A program made the position numbers and the translations under genes. Source: Bacteroidales bacterium (GTDB lineage Bacteria; Bacteroidota; Bacteroidia; Bacteroidales; CAIWKO01). Taken from it: a stretch of 20,000 bases of DNA. The stretch is from the NCBI GenBank assembly GCA_035389045.1, contig DAOORA010000020.1, positions 45,669-65,668 of the forward strand. The letters are read 5' to 3'. Each line of letters starts with the position of its first letter. Within the stretch, counting starts at the first letter, position 1. The notes under the pieces were generated by a model. The model was not told the DNA's origin, did not search any database, and saw only the letters and a program-made list of their open reading frames with translations. Positions 1-7,831 of this stretch are shown here, piece after piece.

Positions 1-1
1 C

Positions 2-457
2 TTCATGAAGCGTACCGGTAATGCTGTCTGCTGTTTTAGAATGAAATGCATAAGGAACACTTATCAATTGTGTTATCCCCATCAACACAAAGGAACTTCC
101 GCCACTTTGATCAAGTTCAACTTTAATAAAATACGTATTGTTTGCCCAACTAATGGCAGCCATAGTGCCGGCTAAAGGTGTACCATCTCCGATTTTCAGT
201 ACCGACAAGCCAAAGGTATTTGTGGTATCTTTTTGTGTTTCCACATATACGGCATCGCCCGATACAGAGCCCTGTAATATACTGATACGGAATGAAACCG
301 GCTGGTTTGCAACTATATTCCCTGAATTATCCCTGACTACGGTCTGATAGTTAAACTTTTCAGGTGTCTGTGCATTTATTTTTATCGCACTTATTACAAA
401 GAATACCAACAATAAGTAACATTTAATTTTTTTAATTATAAAAACTTTCATTGTCAT
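2..457 (-). CDS. Secreted Bacteroidota protein, 5' part only (runs off the left edge); N-terminal domain of the 'AQxPEKFxYQxVVRD...SVPYA' type seen in adhesin/collagen-like/FISUMP-domain proteins
   Basis: Manually translated open frame from ATG 457 (alternative ATG 451): MTMKVFIIKKIKCYLLLVFFVISAIKINAQTPEKFNYQTVVRDNSGNIVANQPVSFRISILQGSVSGDAVYVETQ...LMGITQLISVPYAFHSKTADSITGTLHE. Signal peptide ending INA-Q. No stop inside the window, which is probably why the ORF track missed it. Confidence 0.85.
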   Translation of the reverse strand, partial: MTMKVFIIKKIKCYLLLVFFVISAIKINAQTPEKFNYQTVVRDNSGNIVANQPVSFRISILQGSVSGDAVYVETQKDTTNTFGLSVLKIGDGTPLAGTMAAISWANNTYFIKVELDQSGGSSFVLMGITQLISVPYAFHSKTADSITGTLHE

Positions 458-472
458 TTATTTTATAAACCC

Positions 473-636
473 TTAGAAACTGTTTTGATTTCATGTTACA
501 TGAGATTTATGATGGATTTTTTAGCGAAACGAGGCAGATTTTGCAGACATAGATAATCCTATGTCGAAAAATCTAACAAAGTTGCAGCAAAAAAACGCAT
601 AAAGATATAAAAAGAAAAAATCAAAACAATTTTTTA
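473..636. mobile_element. Putative MITE (~158 bp, 476-633) with terminal inverted repeats and a TTA target-site duplication
   Basis: Left end gaaactgttttgattt (476-491) matches the reverse complement of right end aaatcaaaacaatttt (618-633) at 14/16. TTA lies directly outside both ends (473-475, 634-636). Central hairpin GACATAG-ataatc-CTATGTC (546-565) is flanked by agatttt/aaaatct (536-542, 568-574). Confidence 0.55.
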
Positions 637-653
637 GATGATTATCCCAGTTA

Positions 654-674
654 GGCGAAGGTTCTACCTTCGTC
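654..674. repeat. Short GC-rich hairpin
   Basis: cgaaggt-tct-accttcg (656-672), extendable by a G-T and a G-C pair. Confidence 0.4.
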
Positions 675-780
675 GAAACTATACTAACAGGCTCTGTCTG
701 TAACAAAGCAATAATTTTTTTACTAAAAACTAAAAAAGAGAAGGCCAACAGTATAGCATTTTTATGAAAAACGATTAAAT

Positions 781-837
781 ATTGCAGGCTGGAGCCTGTG
801 ATAATTAGTACGACTTAGGCTGGAGCCTAAGTCGAAC
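781..837. repeat. Tandem pair of REP-like palindromes sharing the core aggctggagcct
   Basis: attgcaggct-gg-agcctgtgat (781-802, fully paired if G-T wobble is allowed) and cgacttaggct-gg-agcctaagtcg (811-834, perfect 11-bp arms, extends with one mismatch to 808-837). Confidence 0.65.
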
Positions 838-934
838 AAGGAACTTTTCGATTCAGACACTGAGGAAATGCGTAAAAGCATTGATAAATAACCATTGAAT
901 GAAGTGTCATTTTATCCAGGTTTACTTTATCTCA

Positions 935-1026
935 GCCACATAGGCACCAAGGCACAAAGATTCCACAATTTTTATGTTTTTGATATAGTGTAGCTTAGTG
1001 TCTTAGTGTCTTAGTGTCTTAGTGGC
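935..1026. repeat. Octamer tandem repeat (cttagtgt)x3 + cttagtgg, with a degenerate inverted counterpart upstream
   Basis: Units at 994-1001, 1002-1009, 1010-1017 and 1018-1025. Upstream arm gccacataggcaccaaggcacaaag (935-959) matches the reverse complement of 1002-1026 at 19/25. Confidence 0.75.
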
Positions 1027-1113
1027 ATTGTTATAGAATATCATTTGTCGGACAATAGTGAAAAAGAATATTTCTTACCGAAATAACTTTGAAGGCAACC
1101 TCATTTACCTTTA

Positions 1114-2688
1114 TCAATAACTTGAAGCATTTGAAGCCGCATATACTTCATATTCATAAGTTATGGTTTTCTTTTCTTTTCCTTTAAAAGGAATCTCCCA
1201 GTCTATAGTGATATAGGGATTCAGCCCGGCGTAACGGCCGCTTTTTTGTATTTTCCCATCATGACTGGCATTGAGTGCATTGGCAGTCAGGCTTTTGGTC
1301 ACTGTTAGCAAAATATCCTTATCCTGAAGGTTCTCAACATATATTGTTCCTTTAATAGTGACTTTGTTGTAATAGGTTTTACCTATCTTTCTGACGTTCT
1401 CTTCTTTTTTTACTTCATCTTCCTTGTTTTTCACAACTATATCTCCGGCTTTGGCGAGCTGTACCGCTGCGTTGGCGCCTTTAGGGGTATATTTGATACG
1501 GTCCTGGGCCAGCGGCTGGAAGTTATCATCCTGAACAAATACAGGCGCTGTGGTAAACGGGTGCGCGGTATTATTGGTAATAAGAAGGGAATGATACACA
1601 TCAAATCTTTTTTCCGGATCATTGCTGATGTAATTGTACTGTGAATATGCGGCGACGTCGCCGATGGAAACCTCATAAACATCTTTGTAAGGAACTTTCG
1701 ATGAAAAGATCTGGAAACTGGTTTTGCTTTGTGCAGGAAGGCTTACTTTGCCAAGCTTGTACATATAAAGATCACTCGATTTTTCACCTTCGGCAGAATA
1801 ATCATAATACTGCGGGATATCATTTCCATCAAGTGACCTTTCTTCGGCCATATAAACATTGCTTGTATAATAGGTCTGTGTCTGCATATAAGGTACTGCG
1901 GCGGGTTTAATATCATAAAGTGCCGTCAGGCAATTATTGAACACCGGGTCGCACTGAAAACCATAATAAAACTGAGGATTCCCGACGGTCAGTGTAAGTT
2001 CGGCATCATCAATATCCTCCGCATAGTTTTCGACAAGAGCTTTCATCTCCAGCTGAAGTTCGTTTTCACTGATCAATTTTATGTTGTAGGAAGGTATCCA
2101 TTGTATTCCGCTTTGCATATAAACAACCCGCAAATCCGTGCTTGCCATATTTTTATCAAAATAAATCCTCGCCACACGCACTAGAGAATCTACCGATAGT
2201 TCGCCGACATTGGCATCATCAATAGTAAACTCCACCACCGAAGCAACCGGGTAAAAAGTTGTTTTATTGTCGGCAAGTTTTATTTTTGCGATACCCGACC
2301 CTTCATAATATTCCGACAGTGTTCCGCTGATCTCGCGCAGGTTTTTTTCGCTCCCCACAGCGTAAGTAAAACGAACCTTTTTTCTAACAGAGCCTTTGAA
2401 TATATCATTGAAATTCTGAGGTTTCTTGGTTTTCTTTATGGTATCGGTCAGAAAACAAACTTTTGTTATTTTATTCTCTTTTGCAGGGTTCAGCCAGTAT
2501 GTTCCCATCAAAGGCTGTTTCGGAAGCTCAAGTATGGTACAGCCTTTATCAACCCTTACACTGCCTTCTTTGGCAATAAAATAGGTGCCATTTTTAAACA
2601 CATTGATCTGCATCGGCTTCAGACTGCTCTGTGCGAACAGGAACACCGATATCGAAATTAAACATAAAGAGGCAATGATTTTTTTCAT
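1114..2688 (-). CDS. Exported DUF4139 (DUF4140/DUF4139)-domain protein
   Basis: 524 aa with signal peptide MKKIIASLCLISISVFLFAQ. Family-like segments: INVFKNG near the N-terminus, YMQSGIQWIPSYNIKL, ALVENYAEDIDDAELTLTVGNP, DLYMYKLGKVSLP, and C-terminal WEIPFKGKEKKTITYEY. Confidence 0.75.
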   Translation of the reverse strand: MKKIIASLCLISISVFLFAQSSLKPMQINVFKNGTYFIAKEGSVRVDKGCTILELPKQPLMGTYWLNPAKENKITKVCFLTDTIKKTKKPQNFNDIFKGSVRKKVRFTYAVGSEKNLREISGTLSEYYEGSGIAKIKLADNKTTFYPVASVVEFTIDDANVGELSVDSLVRVARIYFDKNMASTDLRVVYMQSGIQWIPSYNIKLISENELQLEMKALVENYAEDIDDAELTLTVGNPQFYYGFQCDPVFNNCLTALYDIKPAAVPYMQTQTYYTSNVYMAEERSLDGNDIPQYYDYSAEGEKSSDLYMYKLGKVSLPAQSKTSFQIFSSKVPYKDVYEVSIGDVAAYSQYNYISNDPEKRFDVYHSLLITNNTAHPFTTAPVFVQDDNFQPLAQDRIKYTPKGANAAVQLAKAGDIVVKNKEDEVKKEENVRKIGKTYYNKVTIKGTIYVENLQDKDILLTVTKSLTANALNASHDGKIQKSGRYAGLNPYITIDWEIPFKGKEKKTITYEYEVYAASNASSY

Positions 2689-2707
2689 AGTTCATGGATT
2701 TTTATTA

Positions 2708-2715
2708 TATATTTG
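2708..2715 (+). promoter_or_regulatory. Bacteroidota sigma-70 -7 box (TAnnTTTG) upstream of the methyltransferase
   Basis: TATATTTG ends 32 nt before ATG 2748, within the 59-bp divergent intergenic gap. No clear -33 TTTG seen. Confidence 0.5.
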
Positions 2716-2747
2716 CTTTCAGGGAAAAATTTATAGCACCAAATCTT

Positions 2748-3494
2748 ATGCCAAAAACCAATAATTCAGGCAGTTCCGTAAATAATAAAGGAAAGCTTTA
2801 CCTGCTTCCTGCCACCCTGGGTGATGATTCGGATCCTGCTGAAGTATTACCACTTCATACGCTGAATATTATAAAAAAATTAGAAGTCTTTATCGTCGAA
2901 GAGCTGAAAACAGCCCGACGTTTTCTCAAACAGGTTGACAAAAATATCATCATTGATACATTGCAAATTCTGATTTACAACGAACACAGCATAAAAGAGA
3001 ACACCGCAAGTTATATAGAGCCTATGCTTGAAGGTAAAGATACAGGTTTGCTTTCCGAAGCAGGAATGCCTTGTATAGCTGATCCCGGAGCAGACATTGT
3101 TGCTGCAGCGCACCGGCAGTGCATCGAAGTTGTCCCGCTTTCCGGTCCGTCGTCACTTTTATTGGCATTAATTGCTTCGGGTTTTAGCGGACAGAATTTT
3201 ACATTCCATGGTTATCTTCCCATAGAAAAAGATAGAAGGGCTAAGAAAATCAGGCAGTTAGAAATACTGTCGCAGCAATACAAACAAACACAAATCTTCA
3301 TCGAAACCCCTTACCGCAACCATCAGATGATACAATCCATCATTGAAAACTGCCGTGAAGAGACTATGCTGTGCGTTGCCTCCGACCTCACCCTGCCGTC
3401 ACAAAAAATCATCTCGCAATCCGTAAAATCGTGGAAAAAAATGACCCCGGACCTTCATAAGCGTCCGGCAGTTTTTCTACTTTTTACTCCCTGA
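2748..3494 (+). CDS. SAM-dependent methyltransferase, tetrapyrrole-methylase fold, RsmI-like family
   Basis: Motifs GKLYLLPATLGD, VEELKTARRFLK, GLLSEAGMPCIADPGA, VVPLSGPSSLLLALIASGFSGQNFTFHGYLP, FIETPYRN. Start moved from 2694 to ATG 2748 because the longer version would cover the promoter box and start 6 nt from the divergent gene. Confidence 0.85.
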   Translation: MPKTNNSGSSVNNKGKLYLLPATLGDDSDPAEVLPLHTLNIIKKLEVFIVEELKTARRFLKQVDKNIIIDTLQILIYNEHSIKENTASYIEPMLEGKDTGLLSEAGMPCIADPGADIVAAAHRQCIEVVPLSGPSSLLLALIASGFSGQNFTFHGYLPIEKDRRAKKIRQLEILSQQYKQTQIFIETPYRNHQMIQSIIENCREETMLCVASDLTLPSQKIISQSVKSWKKMTPDLHKRPAVFLLFTP

Positions 3495-3606
3495 TCTGAC
3501 GGACCTTATCCCACAAGGGTAAATTTCATTGGATGTAAAAAGTATCCTGTCAAAAAAAATTCCGAACTTTGAGCCGAAACATGCTTTTTTACATAGAAAT
3601 ACAGCA

Positions 3607-6600
3607 ATGAAGAACACATCACCGCCCAATACTTCCGACGCATTAAAAGCCAATCTCACCGTGACCAGGCCCAAAAAAATTGTGCTGACCGATGAACACA
3701 AATGGTTATTGGGGCTTTCAGCCAATTACTATGGAATTCAGGAACGTACAACGAACTTTTTCAACGAATATCATCATCCTTTTCCCGACCAGAAACTGAT
3801 CAGCGATGAACTCCGGCGCCTGGCACTGGGCGATTTCTGGTTTTATGCTCAGTGCCGTGATAAAGAAAAGGCGCTCAGGATCATATTGGGAATATTTGAA
3901 GAAACTCTCGAAAAAACAAAGGATCAGGTTGTTTTTGAAAGCGTATTTCCGGCATTTGTTGAATACTTAGCCATGATTGCCCGCCATGAAATCCCTGATA
4001 TCGAATTGCTTAAAGCCGGGCTGGGTATAATGAAAAAATGGATCGCCATAAATCATTTGGTGGTACTCAGAAATTCAACATATTTAAAAAATCAGCTCGG
4101 ACTGCTTCATCATAATGAATTGCTTAAAAATGAGTTTTTTCAGCTACTGTATGAACTTGCAGGTAGAGTATTACATTTCTGGGCAGACACTTCGGACGTG
4201 GAAATATGGTACAAAAAGAACAGGGAATATTTAAGCAAAGGTTTTGCCCATGAACTGAGAAATATAGGTAAACCCTATTTTAATAAACTGATTAAGAAGT
4301 GGGAAAGCGTGCGGAATTTTGATGAGCTCGACAAAAACATCCCTCTTTATCAAGAATTTACAGATTATTTTACAAAACATACCGATACTTTTCATGTTAT
4401 AAACGACCGTTTTTATTTTATTGTCTACCTGATGCATATCCCGGGTATGGTTCATATCAAAAACACCCTTCTTGCTGATCTGAACAGGCTGATAAAAAAG
4501 ATGTTTCTGGAGATCAAACCCGAACAGGCCGACCCTTTCCTGGATAATATTTTTTCACTTTTTCATGAATTACACAAAGAACATAGCTCCACGGTATTGG
4601 ATTGTGTTTTAACTTTAGGAAAAGAAATTATCCACACTGACCATGAAGAAAATATTCAGAAATTTGTTCAAAAGCTCATTGGGCTTCCGTTCGTAGTACC
4701 CGGTAAGCTGAGACTCAGCAACGAATGGAGAACGATGGTTGATCCCGGTCATATAAAAAACATCCGTGTATGGCTGGAATTATTCGAAACGGCTCCTGAC
4801 CAATATTCGAAACTCATCGCTGCACTCACCGTGAACCTCAAACTGAACGGTATTTTTATTTTCGACACCGACCTGTTCCAGAAAGATGTAACTGCACTGC
4901 TGAATTCAGATATCCAAAAATATTTCAGGCTTGTCAAACAGCTTTGCCGGATATTTCCGGTATATTTCAATGAGATAGGCGCTGAAGGAGAGTTACGGGA
5001 CATCACAACAGCCATTGATGAACTTACGAGCCGTCAGGACAAACTCATCCACTTTCTGCGAAAACAGGTGCATATTGAAAGCAACAACACCCATATCGAA
5101 CTAACCCGAAAGATCTATAATTTTTGGATAGACGGACAAATCGACAATCTGAAACCCTTATTACCTGAAGATGTACTGGCAAACATCAGCCCAAACGGGA
5201 AATGGGTAGCACCCATGCATAAACTCATTATGAAGGTGGCTGAAAAAGCCCACATAAAACAGGCCACCGAACTATTAGAAGAGCATCCTGACAAAATAGA
5301 CAAACTGGTAAACACCATTACCGGCGAACTACCGGCAAACAAAATAAGACTCATGATGTTATGCCGGCTGTATTATTTGCTTATTGAAAAATACTCATTC
5401 AATACGGTCAACATCACAAAAAGCATCCTGAAATATAATTTTATTCCACATTCGGAGGTCGAAGCACTGGAGGATGCTTTGTCGAAAAAGAACAGGGAAG
5501 CCGCTCTTACATATATTTTCAGCTTTATCAGCCTTCTCAATAAAGTTATACTGCAGGAAGAAAAAACTGAAGGATGGGAAAATATTTATCACAAGCGGCA
5601 TGTTGCATTCGGAATCCCTTCCATGTATGGGGAGTACCATGAACGTCGTTTTGAAGCGCTGGGACTGATCTACAAATTGGAACAGGCTGCTTTGCTGATC
5701 ATGGAAGAATGGGTGAAATCCATCAACCTGAATTACATTACCGCCAAAACTCTCGAAAAAATTGCTTCCGTACTGCAACTATATAAAGAAGGTCTGTTGC
5801 TGGACGGTATTGAAAACAATGCGTTCAATTCAAACCTCAGCATGTTCGATTATAGTTTGAAATCGCAAAGTTTTTCGCTGGGTCAGTACACCAATATTTT
5901 CGGTTTCATGGGAGAAAATATCCGTGAGATCATCAGTAAATATTTTTTCAGGCCTTATGAAGAAGTCCTGAAAATTGTGATCCCGCGGATGCCTGCCAGG
6001 CAACGCATTGATGGCCCCGATGTACAGAGTTTTCTGCATATGCAATCTGAGTCATTTTACCGGGATATGCTGTCCTCCTCGTTTTTATTGCAGAGCCTCG
6101 ATAACTTTATCACTACCGTGCTGACCTCCCTGCGCAGTATGATGGACAATTACAGCATAGATAAGATCCGCGACATCATGTCGTACAACCCTGATATGGT
6201 GATCAGTACGCTGTATGACCAATCAAAAAATATTGACAACCAGGTATATATCGGATCGAAAGCCTATTACCTCAAGAAGCTGTATTCATTAGGATACCCG
6301 GTACCGCCCGGATTTGTTATCACTACCGAGGTTTTCCGGCGTATTGACACGATACTCCAGAACAAAATGATGAGCCGGGAGATTGACAACATGATCATGG
6401 CCCAGATAAAAAAACTGGAAAAAATGACAGGCCAGGAATTTGGCAATCCCAGAAACCCGTTGATGCTTTCCGTACGTTCAGGCACAGCCGTATCGATGCC
6501 CGGCGCGATGAATACTTTTTTAAATGTGGGTATCAATGAGAAAATCATTGAAGCGCTCAGCGTGCAACCCAATTATGGCTGGACTTCATGGGATTGCTAT

Positions 6601-7704
6601 CGCAGGTTCCTGCAGAGTTGGGGTATGGCATCAGGACTGACGCGCGACACCTTTGACCAGATCATGATTGATTTCAAGAAGATGTATAATGTAAAACAAA
6701 AAGTACAGTTCACAAAAGAGCAAATGAGGGAGATATCCTTTGGTTACCGTGAGGTTTTGCAGAAAAATAACATCCAGATCGAAGAAGAAGTATTTCCGCA
6801 GATCAGACAAGCCATTCTGAATGTTTTTGATTCATGGAATTCCGACCGTGCCATAGTGTACCGCAAGCATCTTCAGATTGCAGATGAATGGGGCACCGCC
6901 GTAGTTGTCCAAAAGATGGTGCTCGGAAACATCAATTATACATCAGGAACCGGCGTAGTGTTCACTCATAATCCTCATATGAATAAGCCGGGTGTCCATT
7001 TATACGGTGATTATTCACTGGTCAGCCAGGGTGAAGACGTAGTTGGCGGGCTGGTTCATGTACTTCCTATTTCTCGAAATCAGACACACGGTCGCACCAA
7101 AGAAAGCTCTCTTGAAGAAAAATTTCCTGAAACATACAGGCGGTTATACGAAATTGCATGTGAACTGACTGAAAAACATGGCTTCGGACACCAGGAAATT
7201 GAGTTCACCTTTGAAACTGAGCATAAGAAGGATCTGTACATACTTCAAACCCGCGACCAGGACGTCCGTCCCAAGGACAAAACACACCAATTTGCCCTTA
7301 CCGGCGTAAAAATGAAACTGCTTGGACAAGGCATAGGAATTGGCGGAGGATCATTGAACGGTGTACTGATCTTTGATACCGAAGATATGGAACTGATGAG
7401 AAACAAATACCCGGATAAAAAACTCATATTGGTCAGGCCGGACACTGTACCTGACGACATTGGCATTATATTCGGATGCGACGGACTGCTTACCGCACGC
7501 GGCGGAGCGACCTCACACGCTGCAGTCACGGCTGCACGATTAGGAAAAATATGTATTGTCAACTGTACCGACCTGACGGTTTACGAACGGGAGAAAAAAT
7601 GCGTAATCAAAAAACAAGTATTAAATGTTGGCGATGAAATTGCTATGGATGGCACATTCGGAAATATTTACAAGGGCAAATACCCTTTGATGCAACCCGA
7701 ATAA
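3607..7704 (+). CDS. PPDK-like dikinase: ~880-aa unknown N-terminal region + ATP-grasp nucleotide-binding domain + phospho-His swivel domain; no PEP/pyruvate TIM barrel
   Basis: IGSKAYYL..LGYPVPPGFVITTE (from ~6250), LSVRSGTAVSMPGAMNTFLNVG, WDCYRRFLQ, QGEDVVGG, EIEFTFE...LYILQTR, and GGATSHAAVTAARLGK (His codon 7516-7518). The protein stops right after the His domain. ATG 3607 preferred over the TTG at 3529. Confidence 0.85.
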   Translation: MKNTSPPNTSDALKANLTVTRPKKIVLTDEHKWLLGLSANYYGIQERTTNFFNEYHHPFPDQKLISDELRRLALGDFWFYAQCRDKEKALRIILGIFEETLEKTKDQVVFESVFPAFVEYLAMIARHEIPDIELLKAGLGIMKKWIAINHLVVLRNSTYLKNQLGLLHHNELLKNEFFQLLYELAGRVLHFWADTSDVEIWYKKNREYLSKGFAHELRNIGKPYFNKLIKKWESVRNFDELDKNIPLYQEFTDYFTKHTDTFHVINDRFYFIVYLMHIPGMVHIKNTLLADLNRLIKKMFLEIKPEQADPFLDNIFSLFHELHKEHSSTVLDCVLTLGKEIIHTDHEENIQKFVQKLIGLPFVVPGKLRLSNEWRTMVDPGHIKNIRVWLELFETAPDQYSKLIAALTVNLKLNGIFIFDTDLFQKDVTALLNSDIQKYFRLVKQLCRIFPVYFNEIGAEGELRDITTAIDELTSRQDKLIHFLRKQVHIESNNTHIELTRKIYNFWIDGQIDNLKPLLPEDVLANISPNGKWVAPMHKLIMKVAEKAHIKQATELLEEHPDKIDKLVNTITGELPANKIRLMMLCRLYYLLIEKYSFNTVNITKSILKYNFIPHSEVEALEDALSKKNREAALTYIFSFISLLNKVILQEEKTEGWENIYHKRHVAFGIPSMYGEYHERRFEALGLIYKLEQAALLIMEEWVKSINLNYITAKTLEKIASVLQLYKEGLLLDGIENNAFNSNLSMFDYSLKSQSFSLGQYTNIFGFMGENIREIISKYFFRPYEEVLKIVIPRMPARQRIDGPDVQSFLHMQSESFYRDMLSSSFLLQSLDNFITTVLTSLRSMMDNYSIDKIRDIMSYNPDMVISTLYDQSKNIDNQVYIGSKAYYLKKLYSLGYPVPPGFVITTEVFRRIDTILQNKMMSREIDNMIMAQIKKLEKMTGQEFGNPRNPLMLSVRSGTAVSMPGAMNTFLNVGINEKIIEALSVQPNYGWTSWDCYRRFLQSWGMASGLTRDTFDQIMIDFKKMYNVKQKVQFTKEQMREISFGYREVLQKNNIQIEEEVFPQIRQAILNVFDSWNSDRAIVYRKHLQIADEWGTAVVVQKMVLGNINYTSGTGVVFTHNPHMNKPGVHLYGDYSLVSQGEDVVGGLVHVLPISRNQTHGRTKESSLEEKFPETYRRLYEIACELTEKHGFGHQEIEFTFETEHKKDLYILQTRDQDVRPKDKTHQFALTGVKMKLLGQGIGIGGGSLNGVLIFDTEDMELMRNKYPDKKLILVRPDTVPDDIGIIFGCDGLLTARGGATSHAAVTAARLGKICIVNCTDLTVYEREKKCVIKKQVLNVGDEIAMDGTFGNIYKGKYPLMQPE

Positions 7705-7730
7705 CAGGGATTATACACCCTGTTACTTTA
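7702..7730 (+). terminator. Stem-loop overlapping the stop codon of the PPDK-like gene (weak terminator or mRNA stability hairpin)
   Basis: taacaggg-attataca-ccctgtta, perfect 8-bp stem (7702-7725), followed only by cttta, a poor U-tract. Confidence 0.35.
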
Positions 7731-7831
7731 TGCAAGAACGGTCATCATTGATAATAAAATACAATTAGTGAAATAACCATAAACATAAAACATATTAAAT
7801 AATATATTAATTAATTAAATTATTGTGAAAC

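Noticed and set aside
138..347. + strand 69-aa ORF in the track
   Set aside because: Antisense to the convincing minus-strand gene 2-457; no recognisable motifs.
521..748. Minus-strand 75-aa ORF
   Set aside because: Runs across the MITE and hairpins; Phe-rich low-complexity translation typical of non-coding AT-rich DNA.
994..1025. Possible CRISPR array
   Set aside because: Contiguous 8-nt units with no spacers; no cas genes in the window.
1084..1091. TAACTTTG promoter-like box pointing antisense into the DUF4139 gene end
   Set aside because: No -33 element at the right distance and no + strand gene downstream; an 8-mer with two free positions arises often by chance in AT-rich DNA.
2694..2747. 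Longer N-terminus of the methyltransferase given by the ORF track
   Set aside because: Overlaps the promoter box and leaves 5 nt to the divergent gene; family similarity starts at GKLYLLP, which fits ATG 2748.
3607..7831. Idea that the PPDK-like gene is a truncated pseudogene
   Set aside because: A 4.1-kb uninterrupted frame with intact catalytic motifs, a stop at a domain boundary, and no barrel-coding remnant in the 127 bp that follow.
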